Of a stretch of 64,000 nucleotides of DNA, positions 14,500 to 26,589 are shown piece by piece (positions within the stretch are counted from its first letter, which is position 1; each line of letters starts with the position of its first letter). This DNA is from Camelus dromedarius (lineage: Eukaryota): the NCBI RefSeq assembly GCF_036321535.1, contig NC_087447.1, forward strand, positions 37,636,001 through 37,700,000. The letters run 5' to 3'. The notes under the pieces are model-generated. The model worked only from the letters and a program-made list of their open reading frames with translations, was not told the origin of the DNA and did not search any database. The position numbers and the translations under genes are program-made.

Positions 14500-16935
14500 A
14501 AGACTTTTTATTGTTAAGGTTCACAGGAAAATTTAGGTGACGGCACAGAGATTTCCCATATACCTTGTGCCCCTATTCATGCATAGCATGCTCCATTATC
14601 AACATCTCCCACCAGAGTGGAACACTTGTTATAATCAATGAACCTACATTGACACATTATAATCTCCCAAAGTCCATAGTTTACATTATGGTTCATTCTT
14701 GATTTTGTACATGCTATTGGTTTGGACAAATGCATAATGATGTGTCATTATCATTATAGTGTCATAGAGTTTCCACTGCTCTAAAAATTCTCTGTGCTCT
14801 CCCTATTCTTCCCTCCTCATCCCAACTCCTACAACCACTGATTTTTTTTTTACTGTCTCCATAGTTTAGCCTTTTGCAGGATATCATATAGTTGGAATTA
14901 TACAGTATGGAGACTTTCCAGATTGGCTTCTTTCACTTAATAATAAGCACTTAAGTTTTCTCCATGTCTTTTTACACCTTAATAGATCCTTTCTTCTTAG
15001 CATTGAATAATATTCCATTGCCTGGATGTACCACAGTTTATTTTTCTATTCGTCTACTGAAGGACATCTTGGCTTCTTCCAAGTTTTGACAATTATAAAT
15101 AAAGTTGCTAGAATCATCCACGTGCAGGATTTTGTGTGGACATAATTTATCATCTCCTTTGGGTAAATACCAGTGAGCACAAGCTGTTTTGTATAGTAAG
15201 AATATGTTTAGTTTTGTAAGAAACCCACAAACTGTCTTCTAAAGTGGCTGATACAGTTTTCATTCCCACCACCAATGAATGAGAGTTCTTGTTGTCCCAC
15301 ATCCTCACCAGTGTTTGATGTCAGTGTTTTAGATTTGAGCCATTCTGATAAGTTTGTAGTAGTGTTTCATTATTGTTTTAATTTGCATTTCCCTGATGAT
15401 ATATGATATTGAGCACCTATATATGCTCATTTTTCATCTGTATATCTTCCTTAGTGAGGTACCTATTAACATCTTTGGTCCATTTTTAAAATCGTTTGTC
15501 TTATTGTTGAGTTTTAAGAGTTATATGTATATTTTTGAGAACAAGCCTTTACCAGAAGTGTCTTTTGCAAAATCAATTTTCTCCCAGCATGAGGTTTATC
15601 TGCTCATTCTCTTGACATTGTCTTTTGCAGGGCAGAAATTTGTAATTTTAATGAACTCCAGCTCTTCAATTATTTCTTTCATGAATCGCAGCTTTGGTGT
15701 TACATCTAAAAAGTCATTGTCATATCCAAGGTCTTCTAGATTTTCTCCTATGTTAGCTTTGAGGAGTTTTATATTTTGAGTTTTACACTTAGGTCTGTGA
15801 TCCATGTTGAGTTAATTTTTGTAAAAGATGTAAGATCTGTATCTAGATTCTTTTTCTTTTTTTTTTTTTTTTTTTTGTTGAAGACACTACCTTTGTTCCA
15901 TTGTATTGCCTTTGCTCCTTGTCAAAGATCAATAGACTACACTTACAGGGCGGGGGGCATGCTTTTATTTCTGGGCTCTATTCTGTTCCATTCATCTATT
16001 TTTCTTTCACCAACACTACACTGTCTTGATTACTGTAGCTTTATAGTAAGTCTTGAAGTCAGAGTCTTCCAACTTTGTCCTTCTCCTTCGATATTGTGTT
16101 GACTATTTTCACTCTTTTGCCTCCTGTGTAAGCTTTAGAATCAGTTTGTTGATATCCACAAAATAGCTTGCTGGGGTTTTGAGTGGGATTGCACTGAATC
16201 TATAATGTTGGGAATGACTGACATTTTGACAATATTGAGTCTTCCTATGCATGAACATGAAATATCTCTCCATTTATTTAGTTCTTCTTTTATTTTATTC
16301 ATTAGAATATTTTAGTTTTCCTTATACAGATCTTGTATATATTTTGTTAGATTTATACCTAACTATTTCATTGGGGGATGGTGCTAATGAACAATAATGT
16401 ATTTTTAATTTCAAATTCCACTTGTTCATTGTTGGTTTACAAAAAAGCAATTGACTTTTGCATATAAACTTGGTATCCTGCAACTTTGCTATAATTGATT
16501 ATTAGTTCCAATAGGGATTTTTTTTTTTTTTTTGGTCAGTTATTTCAGATTTTCTACATCAATGAGCATGTCATCTGTGAACAAAACAGTTTTATTTCTC
16601 TCTTCCCAATCTGTATATCTCTTATTTCCTTTTCTTACACTGCATTAGCTGGAATCTCCAGTACAATGTTGAAAAGAAGTGATGAGAGGAGACATCTTTG
16701 ATTGTACCTGATCTTTTGTGAAAGCTTTGTGTTTCTTAGTAGGAAAACTTCAAGTATGATGTTGTGAGCTATGTAGGTTTTTCATAGATATTTTTAACAA
16801 GTTGAGGAAATTTTCCTTTATTCCTAGTTTACTGAGAGTTTTTATCATGAACTCTTGTATTTTGTGAAATGCTTTTTCTGCATCTATTGATGTGATGATA
16901 TAGTTTTTTCTCTTTTAGCCTCCTGATGTAATGGA
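14500..16935 (-). mobile_element. Older L1M-type LINE-1 (3' UTR plus 3' ORF2)
   Basis: Peptide NIKLLKANIGENLEDLGYDNDFLDVTPK...IKITNFC is L1 ORF2; the 3' UTR is of the older L1M type. Confidence 0.88.
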
Positions 16936-17029
16936 ATTAAATATTTCTTGAATTGTGATAAAATCATATAATATGATGGTATTAAATTCTTCAGAAAGAT
17001 TCACAGATTTTTATGATACTTTTAAGCAA

Positions 17030-17224
17030 TAATATTGGTAAATAAGCTCTCCGAAAAAAACACAAAGGCTCTGATTTGTAGCATCTGCCAATTTCTGTGG
17101 TGCAAATACTGTCACTATTGCCAACTACAAGTTACCAAATGGGATCATTGAATGTGGAGTTGGGAAGAAATCCTCACAGCTGTCCATTGTGAGTTGACAT
17201 AAGCCAGCTCCAGCACACCATTAC
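17030..17224 (-). mobile_element. MER63-like hAT DNA transposon fragment
   Basis: ...ggagttgggaaga...agccagctccagcacacca matches the reverse complement of the recalled MER63 terminus. Confidence 0.65.
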
Positions 17225-17499
17225 TTTCAAGTATACTTTTAAGAGGTATTTTTCACTAAAGCTTCATCTGAGGATACCATTTACCATGAGTTTACAGTAG
17301 AGCAAGCCAAGGGAAACTGAGTTCCTAGGGCTTTGGAAATCTTTTGATTTCTCCCTAAATCACTCAGAACCTGATCCATTTATGCAGCTATGAAAGCAAT
17401 AAAACTTTCTATGCACTTTTAATAGCTGAGAAAGTTTTTATGGCATGAAACCTTGGGAAGTGAGAAGTTAGTCCAAGACATAATTTAATCAGAGAATCC

Positions 17500-17993
17500 A
17501 AGACACATTTTATATGATTTTATTTATTAAAGAATAAAACTAGAATATCCTTCTAGTATATTCTGTCCAACTATGAAGTTCATTTAAAAATTTTTAGAAA
17601 GAGCAAATCCAACTTTAACAAAAAAAACTGCAGGGCAGCTAAAATACTCTGGTTCTCAAGTTTTTTAAAAAATTAGGCAAGATTGTATAGTGAGAGTAGA
17701 GAAAGTAAGATGAAGTGAAATCGCCATGACAACCTGTCATGTTAGCCATTATGCATTTCAACACCTGCAACTGAAAAGTCACAGAAGTCAAAAAATAAAA
17801 ACAAAAAAGACTCCCAAGGACCACAGCCTGCCTGATGATGTTGCTAGAATATTTAGCCTTCTGTTCATTTCACGTAAAAAATAAATTAAGTATAAATAGG
17901 GAGGTGAGGGGGCTGGAGTGTAGGCAGGTGTATTCACAGGTATATACGAGGGGGTTGAGAATGAGGCCGAAAGCCTTTCCTCTCCCACACTTG
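17500..17993 (-). other. INSC: Probable INSC 3' UTR
   Basis: Unique, non-repeat sequence between the stop codon and the overlapping AATAAA hexamers. The exact 3' end is inferred. Confidence 0.6.
17519..17528 (-). terminator. Polyadenylation signal (overlapping AATAAATAAA) for INSC
   Basis: Minus strand reads TTAATAAATAAAATCATATAAAATGTGTCTTGG, i.e. hexamers followed by a GU-rich element. Confidence 0.6.
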
Positions 17994-18122
17994 CTACACA
18001 AAACTCTCCTCCATGTTGCTGCAGAGTAAGAAAGAGTCCACAAGCCGGGGCTGAACCAGCTGCTGGAAGTCAGAGTCCTGGAGGCCTTCAGGGCAGACCC
18101 CGGCCAATCTCCGCAGAGCAGC
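17994..18122 (-). CDS. INSC: INSC last coding exon (AALRRLAGVCPEGLQDSDFQQLVQPRLVDSFLLCSNMEESFV*), TAG stop at 17994-17996
   Basis: Translated by hand (too short for the ORF track). TTCTCTCCCCAG acceptor; 43 codons including the stop; C-terminal ESFV PDZ-binding motif. Confidence 0.96.
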   Translation of the reverse strand, partial: AALRRLAGVCPEGLQDSDFQQLVQPRLVDSFLLCSNMEESFV

Positions 18123-18779
18123 CTGGGGAGAGAACAGAAGAAATCAGATTGGGCCCTGCTTATGTGTAAGTATTTCCCTCAACTGCCCTGAGAGATGTAT
18201 TTCAGAAGGTGGCTCATTTACCAGCCAACTCGGGCTGATCATCACCTTGACACTTTAGTGATCTGGTCCTTTTGGTCACCTGGTCACCATAGCAACCTTA
18301 TCATGTGGTCACCAGGTTTCATTTGTAGCTTGGTCACTGTGGTGGATATCATCTGAAAGTCTTCATGATCTTAATAATGGTCTTGCCATCTTGGTTTTTC
18401 AGACATCTTAGGAAACTGGTTGTTCTAAAGATGTATTATTTTAAGGATTGGGTCAATTCAGTGACATATTTAAGTTCACAATTTGTTTATCCTAGAGACT
18501 TGAACTGCCAAAAGCATCAGTGGAATTATATTCTTGCTTCCAGGTCCCTAGAGGAACCTGAGAACAGCAAGGACTTTTAATTTATCCATAAATTCAACAA
18601 GGTTTTGAGTGAAGCAATTTTGGGATGGGAAGGAGGGAAAAGAGAGAGAGGAAGGAAGGTCATAAAGTTAAAGGAGATGGAAATTCTGCCACCAAGATGT
18701 GGATGAAGAGGAAAGAGGTTCAGACAGAATGAAACCACTGCCCAGGTCCCCAGACACTGAGGGTTAAACTCTTTCCTGA

Positions 18780-19090
18780 GTCCACTATCCTGTTTTCTGT
18801 CCTTGTGCCCTTGCTCAGCTCTTCCCCATGCTGCGAAGCCCCTCCCCACTCTTTCAGCAGTTACATTCATCCTACAAGGCCTGGCCCACTGTTACCTCCT
18901 CTGTGAAGCCTTCCTTAATCCCGTGAAGCAGAGACAGTCTCTCCCTGGGCTGACCTCAACCATCTCACTCTTCTGTCTCCCACACGACACTCTGAGCTCC
19001 CCAAGGGTAGAGACTTTTATTTTTCTCTGTCTCCACAGTAGGTAGAACAGGGCTTATCACAGGACCCAATAAATGTTTGTTGGAAAGAAA
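18780..19090 (+). mobile_element. L2 LINE 3' fragment
   Basis: acctcctctgtgaagccttcct...caataaatgtttgttgga resembles an L2 3' end. Confidence 0.6.
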
Positions 19091-19959
19091 AAAAGAACAA
19101 ATGAAGTGCTTAGGGGTTCTCCTGCTAGAGTAACCTGAAACTAAAAGTGAGCTGTGCACTTACCTAGAGCACTGAGGCAGTGCATGCTAAGCACTCAGTG
19201 AATATTTATTCCTTCCCTCTTTTCTAGCCTGTACACAGCAGGGAACAAGGTGGGATCTTAAGGATGCCCCTCCCCTGGGAAACAAAGAGAGGAAGATCCA
19301 GCATGGCAGAAGAAGCAAAGAAGGAGGAATGCCAACTCTTCCTGAGTATCTATACATAGTATCTCATTTCATCCCTACAGGATACGGCAAGGTAAGTATC
19401 ATGATCTTCAACTCAGAAATAAGTAGACTAAGGCTCAGAGAGGGAAAGTGGCCTTCCCAAGATCACACAGCAGTCCAACTCTAGGGTCCTCATACCTACC
19501 CACACACAGGCAGGATGCTGAAAGCCCAGAATACTTGGTTATGTTGAGTACAAGGCAGCCATACAGCTCAGTACCTAGACATGAGAGGTAACCTACTGCT
19601 GAGAAATTGCCAAGTTGGTGAAAAAGGAAGATGGCTTAAGTTGTTTGCTGGACTAACAGGCACTGCCATGTCCAAGCTGGATCAAGGAGAAGGGACGTGC
19701 ATCTCTGGCACATGAACAAGGTCTGAGACTCTCATGGCAGGAAGGAGGCTCCAGGAGCCTGTCTCTAACTACTGTGTCCTGCCTCTCCTGGGGCATGATT
19801 TCCCCAAGGGTTAAAGGCTGAACTCCATTGTACTTTCTGATTCCTCTTGGCTCCAACTGGGAGAAACAACCCTATTGAGCTGTCATGGTAAAAATGGAAC
19901 CAGGGATCCTTATCAGATGGGAGAATATGAGCCCATCAATGTATTTTACATCATCAGGG

Positions 19960-20420
19960 CTAAATATAAAGCAAGAGGGAGGGAAGGAAAAAGAGAAACA
20001 AAGAAATAGGTAGAAAATAGACCCATGAAAATAGAGCCATGAAAAGAGAAAATGAGATAGAATAAGAAAATAGCAGAGAGAGAGAAAAGAGACAACATCA
20101 GAAGAACAGAACAAGAAGGAACTATTAAAACAGAGGCAGGGATGGACTTGGGGAAGAAGAGAGACCAAGCAGGACAGGGAGCTGGAGAGAGAAAGAGACA
20201 GTGTCCGAGAAAGAGCGAGCGCATGCTGGAGGTAACAGGAGGGAGGTTGGAGATGAAGAGGGAGTAGAGGAAGGGAAGGAGGACTGAGGTGGGTAAAAAG
20301 AAGGGGGAGGGGAGAGAAGGAGAGAGAGACACCCCTAAGGGAGGAGGCAACCTCTAGAAGGAGAGAAAAGCAAAAACAAAACACAAGAGAGAGAACTAGA
20401 AACAGAGGGGGAAAAAAACC
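19960..20420 (+). repeat. Purine-rich (GA-rich) low-complexity tract
   Basis: About 460 bp dominated by A/G on the + strand. Confidence 0.85.
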
Positions 20421-21974
20421 CGCACACCCACACAGGCAAATGGATACCCTCATCTCCCCAGGGTCCCCAGAAAGTACGCAGGACATGAACCAAATGATTT
20501 CAGGGCACCCTCTCCTCAGAATCCAGGTCCTCAAAGGAACCTTCACCCTTCTGAAGCCTTTTTCTTGGCCTCTGCTTTCCTCAGAGGGTTAACAGCCAGT
20601 CTTGCCAGGATCTCATTCCCCGACAGTCTGCAAACCCCCAAGTATTAAACAAGCCCAGCGGCCCACTGACAGCTGTTTCATTAAGGAAAAATCAATTCCA
20701 TTTGCGAGAGGCAGTCCGCGCTGCCACTTTCCCAGACTGGGAGATGATAATTGAAATGTCCTCCCGTCACCTGAAGAGAGCCTTCGAAACCAGGAAGAAG
20801 GATTGGGGAGGGGCAGGAGAGGGAGCCTCCAACTCCGTCACCAGCCCTGGCTCCAAGCGGCTCCCACCTCACCAGCCAGGGGGCCGCACTCAAGTGTGAA
20901 GCCCCCTCTGGGAGCCAAACCACAAACACCCACCAACACTGATGACTGGGGGCAAGGAAACAAGTCTATCAGTCCCTCAGTGAGGCAAGAAACAGTCACC
21001 AAGGTCCTAGGGAGATACGAGACCCGGAGAAAGTTCCAGGGTAGAGGAGGAGAAATACAGATCCTCTCCCATGAGCCAAGGTAGCACGACCAGAGCCACA
21101 AGATGTGGCAGCAAGAAAGCATGGCTGGAAACAGGCTGGTCTGGTCAAGAAGTCAAGACCTGCAGCATTAGCAGGCGTGTGTCTGAATTCCAAGAGCCTC
21201 CCTTAAAAACACCTAGAACACAGGATAACACAAGCTGCCTCCTACGGGGAAAACAAAGTCCAAGCAGGCAGGCCCGGGTGCAGACTGAGGACTCCCTGTC
21301 TCTGGGCCACAGAGAGCTCCCAGGAAGCCTCAAGGAGGAGAGGGATTTTGATCTGAGCCTTGAAGGAGGTGCTGATCGAGGTACTGAGAGAGCATTTGCT
21401 CGCAACAAGGGCCAAGGCACAGTGTCCAGGCGGCTCAAGCCCTCTGACCGAGCCCAGCAGGACAGGGCCTGGAGGCAGTGGGAAGCCTTCAGACCGCAGC
21501 TGGGTCAGAGCCAGGCTGTGAAGGACTGAGCACATGGGGTCATCAGCAAGGGGAACCAGGGAAGGATGGCTTATGGACGGGTCATGATTGCAAGCTGTCC
21601 TGAGGAGAGTCAGCCTGGCAGCCACACGAAGGATGGGTTCAGGAGGGAGGGCCTCTCTTCGGCCTCCAACACCCCTTCCACAAGGAGAAATTTAATCCCT
21701 TTTCTACCGGTAAGTCCTTCAAGTGATTGAAGATAGAGGCCAAGCCCTTCTGTATGCTTGCCTTCAAACTAATAATAAAAATGGAAAAGGAATCATAACA
21801 AGCCTGCACATCTGAATGGAGTTTTATCGTTTCTCAGCACTTCCTCAGGCCTCTTCAGTGACGCGCAGTTGCTGGCTGCCCGCGTTGTGACGATACGGTA
21901 GTTGGGGTCAATGATTATGTATTTGCCAGGAATTAACTCTCTCCATTTTACTCACTAGACCAGATGGAATTAAG

Positions 21975-22420
21975 GTCTGTGAACTTCCAGGGGAAAAAAA
22001 TACATCTTTATATTTACTGCCCTTGAAATACCCTGTCCTCGGTTACGAATGTAGCAACAAAACAGGAAGTCTCCGCGATGCCTACTACTTGCTCGTCCAT
22101 AGAAATCAGACACTTTCACATCCCATTACAGCTTTTGGAGTTCTGTCAAATATCACTTACGCTCATTGCTAGTCAAGACTCCTTGCTAGCTTTCATTTAA
22201 TGTGTTAATTTAAAAGTATGTGTGTGTGTGTGTATGTGTGTGTGTGTGTGTGTATACATACACACACCATTTGTTTAAATAGTCTAATAATTATTTTAAT
22301 ATGATTGTTTCCCTTCTAATTTTGCATATTTTATTTTGTACATTTAAAACCTAATACTGAGAAGGGGTCCATAGCCTCACCAGATTGCCAAACACAGAAA
22401 AATCGTGAAAGCTGTTCTGC
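21975..22420. mobile_element. hAT-Charlie-type DNA transposon relic with an embedded (TG)n at about 22219-22253
   Basis: ctgagaaggggtccatagcctcaccagattgccaaa resembles a Charlie terminus; subfamily uncertain. Confidence 0.55.
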
Positions 22421-23515
22421 ATGTAGCAGAACAAAAGCCCCAACAGAGCTGAGATTTTTGTCTTTTTTCCCCACAGTTGTATCCCAAAAGCTTAGAAGAG
22501 TACATGGCCCGTGGAATCACTGAGCAAATATTCATTGAATACAATTTACAGCACTTAGTGGCCAGCCTAATGGCATGCAGCTCATTAATGGCAAAATCAA
22601 GACAGGTGGGTCTGACTGTAAGGCGTGCTGTTTCCACCACCGCACAATACCCGTCAGGAGTGCCCAGAAATGGGATGAGCTCAGTTTTCAGAAAAAGGAC
22701 AGGGTGAGGAGGGGCTTTATGGTGAAACAGCTTGAAGGCCCTCTAGTTCTATCGCTTCTCCCTCATGGTCCTTGAGGACCCATCAGGACTTGGCACCCCC
22801 TCTGGAAGTCAGATGGCCTGTCTGTACAATGGCTCTCCTGCTCCTCCATGCTCCTAACTAGAAGCTGCCCTGCTTTGGGCTTTGGTACAACCCAGTAGGG
22901 AGAGGTATAGAAACAAGGCCTGCATTCCTCTCTGGTGCTGTCAGTATTTCCACAGTGGACTCAAGCATCAAGAAGTTGGGTGGGGACCTCCTGGGATGTG
23001 CTAGGTTCAGGGTGACGATCCTGGGGGCTGGCTGAATACTACCTGTCCTGTCCTCTCCTACTCCACAAAGGAGGAGGGAGTGGCAAAGCTGGAAGAGCAC
23101 CAGCAGAGGGGCTCCATCCAAGGAGGGAAAGCTTTCTCACAGAAGAAGACAGGCAGAAGACATCACAGCCTAGCTCCCACGCCATCACTAACATCACCCA
23201 GCATCCTGCCAGCTGGCCACTCTGGTCTTGACCTGCCGTGAAGATCCCCCAGAACCTCAAAAGTTACTAAAAATGTGGTAATGGGGGTTCCCTGGACCTC
23301 TGCCTTTCATACATATGACCTCATTTAACTTTCATCATAATTTTATGAATAAAATGGAACAAGTATTACTCTTATCACCACTTTAAAGAGAACAGTGGAA
23401 ACCCAGAGAAGTTGCCTGGCTTACCCAAGCCCACCGTGACACAGCCTGTTCTCCTGGCCCCTGGTCTGCAACCCCAAAGCCCAGGAAGGAAGCTGGGGCA
23501 GGACTGAGAACTCAC

Positions 23516-23592
23516 CAGGCAGGCCACCAGTACCGCGTCACTGCTGTTCCTCTCTGAGGGCGAGCGGCAGAGTTCGATGAGGCGGGACATAC
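23516..23592 (-). CDS. INSC: INSC penultimate coding exon (C-MSRLIELCRSPSERNSSDAVLVACL), 77 bp, phase 1/0
   Basis: CAG acceptor at 23593-23595; GTGAGT donor; lies within ORF 23375..23740. Confidence 0.96.
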
Positions 23593-24329
23593 CTGCGTGA
23601 GACACGGGGGTTGGGATGGGGCTGGCTGGGCCTGACCCAGAGGTGCCCCCGTCTGTCACACTCAGCCCTCTGCATGGGGCCCCGTGGAGACAGGTGGCCA
23701 ACAGTTGGCAGGGAAAGGGGCTGAACTCCCCCACCTCCACTGAGGAGCTTGTTGGGGAGACTTTCTGCTCTCTCAGCTGTGAACAGACCCTGTCAGGGCC
23801 AGGATGAGCCAGAGCATCAAAACCAAACCTCTAAGTGCCAGAACCCTGGCCAGGACGGAGCTCAGCTGCAGGACAGAGGTGTGAGCGCAGAGGACACTGC
23901 AGGTCTTTCTGAGAAAGAACTTCCTGTGCAGGCACCTCCAATGTTAATTCAGTGCTACATTTAATATTTATATCTTTATCAGGGGAACTTCCCAGTACCT
24001 TTTTTTCCCTCAATTGCCCATTATGGGTCAGAAAATATATTGCAGCTAAAATTGTAGAAGACTACAGTTTGGGTAGATGAATGTTTCCTAAGCCTTTACA
24101 GTGGAAAGTGAAATAAATGACTTTGCTTTTCCATGCAAATTGACTCTTTTTTAAACGCTGAAAACAACCACAATGGAGGAAAAAAACTCATTATAAAATA
24201 GTAATAAAAGATGTGCAGACAGAGTCTGTATGTTTATCCACCATGAAGGCATTATGAAGTGGAACCTCTGCTGCCCCAGGACCACCTCCTGCTGCCCTCC
24301 GAATGCCTGGATGGTCGGCGACACCGCCA

Positions 24330-24865
24330 GGCTTATTCTCCTGCCTCGACCTGGCGTCCTTCCTTGGCCCTCATACCCAAATAACACCTCAGACCACAGC
24401 TGAAGAGTCTCCTCCTTGTTAAACATTCTCTGACCCACCCAGATAAACAAGGGCTACTTCTCTGTATGCTGGACATGCTTTGAGTGTCGCTCTGTGATAT
24501 TCAAGCGCAATTTTTTCTTTCCATTGCTGCCACCACCCTTAGGCTGGAAGCCGCTGTGGTCAGGACGCTGCTATAATCAGTGTATATGCCCAGCACTCAG
24601 AACACCTAGCAGAACACCTAGCCTAGCAAAGAGTGGGTGCTCTGAAAACATCTGTTGGGTAAATAAGTGACTAACTGAATAAATGAGTGATTTAATGAGT
24701 GAATTAATAAATGACTTAATGGTGGATAAATGAAGCAATAAATGAGTTAATGAAGGAATAAACCAAAGGATGAATGAATGAATGTGTGAACAAATGAGTG
24801 AATAAGGAAGCACATGAGTAAGCGGATAAGTGAATAAGTGAAGAAATGAATGAGTAAGTGAAGGA
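24330..24865 (+). mobile_element. L2 3' end with an expanded, degenerate (TGAA)n tail
   Basis: gtgctctgaaaacatctgttg followed by about 200 bp of tgaa/tgag-like repeats. Confidence 0.7.
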
Positions 24866-25115
24866 ACAGGGTCCTCATTAACAGGAAGCTGGCAGGAGAG
24901 TCACCCTTCTGGCCAACTTAAACCTCTCTCGTCTCCTCTCTCTCGCTTCAGCCCCAGGTGAAAGGAAGCTAAGTCGGGGCTGCGCCGCAGGCTCCCATGC
25001 CAGCATTTCCCAGCACAGCCAGCCCTGCTGAGTCCTCCATCACCACGGCCACCATGAAATCACGGCTGCTCCTATCCCAGGTCCCCCACTCCCTGCCACC
25101 ACCAGCACCACTTAC

Positions 25116-25271
25116 AGCTCAGCCGCACGGCCTCACGTGCCACATCTGGGTCTCGGCTGAGACGGGCCAGGGTCACCGCAGCCTTCTGCTGGACTCGCTC
25201 GCAGGCCGCCACCTCGGCGGGGGTCCCAGACCTTGGCTTCTCAGATAGCATGCCCAGGATAAGCTGGACCC
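25116..25271 (-). CDS. INSC: INSC internal coding exon (G-VQLILGMLSEKPRSGTPAEVAACERVQQKAAVTLARLSRDPDVAREAVRLS-C), 156 bp, phase 1/1
   Basis: CAG acceptor at 25272-25274; GTAAG donor at 25111-25115; lies within ORF 25072..25464. Confidence 0.96.
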
Positions 25272-26522
25272 CTGGGTGGAAAGTGATGAAGAGCTGGTGC
25301 CACGCCACCAGGGAGATGTCCTCTGGGGCCAGCCGGTTGGATGGCCACAGGCTCAAGCAAAGGCTGTCAGGACGACTCGGGGGTCTCAACCACAGGAGGA
25401 ACCTGGGCAAGCCCACCTTTCCCACTCCTTCTGCCCTGGGGGTGTCTCTGATTCCACGTACCAAGTCACTCCACTTGGAAGGGACATCTGGAGGACACCC
25501 TTTTAAATTTTTTTCATGCTATTACTGAGCTTTGACTGCATACCTGGTGCTCTGCTGAACACACAGTAAATGCAGGATCCTCTAAAACACTCCCACTGAC
25601 CACCTTAAGCAAAGGCTCTGGGCGCTGAAGGAATAGATCCCAAATGATACCCCTCAGCCTCTCAGTCTCAGCTGGCTCAGTAAAGTTTTTCATTATTAGC
25701 CCAATCACATAAAATTAACACAAAATGATGTCATTCGATTACTAATAGAGCAATGGGAGGTAGGGAATGTGTATGTCTGTCAGAGCAGCAGAGCAACCTG
25801 GGAGAAGAGGGCTTAACAAGAGCAGAGGCAGCTGCCCGGGCTCCCAGCTCACTCACATTAGCGTCTTTGGTTTCCAACCTTACTAATTGCTCCCTTATTT
25901 CTCAGTCATGGGAAGCCCTTGCCATTTCATTCCCAGCTGCAAGGCAACCAACCTGTCCCCCAGTGGAGGCTGCTATGATTAGCTTCCAGGCCAATGAAAC
26001 CTGGCCCATCTCACCTGGACCCTGGTGATGCCCTCAGCACAAGGTGGGAGCAGGAGGAAAGAGATGCTCTCAGGCAAGGCATCAAGGGATCCAGCTGGCC
26101 CTGACCTACTCCCCTACCCTGCTCCCTTCCCAGGCACTTCCACTTTCTCCTGAGGCCAAATCCAATGTGATGGGAATGGTTTAAAGTTGGAACATATCCT
26201 CTGTAGGAATAGACTTTTGCTTTTAGAATCATAATGAAATCTCTGTCTTCTCTTCATCTCCCTAGTTAAAATAGTAAACTGCCACACTTCTACCTCGAAT
26301 TCACTTTATCTCCTTCCTTGTTTTATTTTTTGCACCTGACATTCTAAATCTTCTTTTTCAGTGTCTGCCTCCCACTAGCATTGAAGCCCCACAGAAGCAA
26401 ATATTTACATATTGACCCAGTCGCCCACATAAGCACACACACACGCTCATGCAAGTGTGGAGACCCACGTGCACAAATGTCCGTGCCTACACACGGGCCT
26501 TTACACAAACACAAAGACATAC

Positions 26523-26589
26523 CGTTCTCCTGAATGATGTCAGAGGCACACTGCTCTAGGACAGACATGTTTGCCAAGATGGTCACAAT
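26523..26589 (-). CDS. INSC: INSC internal coding exon (IVTILANMSVLEQCASDIIQEN-G), 67 bp, phase 0/1
   Basis: TCTTTTCCAG acceptor; GTATG donor at 26518-26522; matches recalled INSC protein. Confidence 0.95.

Noticed and set aside
19872..20546. 224-aa hydrophobic ORF (L/S/F-rich) that looks like a membrane protein
   Set aside because: It is the translation of the CT-rich low-complexity strand and shows no family signature.
24650..24865. Regularly spaced short repeats
   Set aside because: Degenerate (TGAA)n L2 tail, not a CRISPR-like or structured array.
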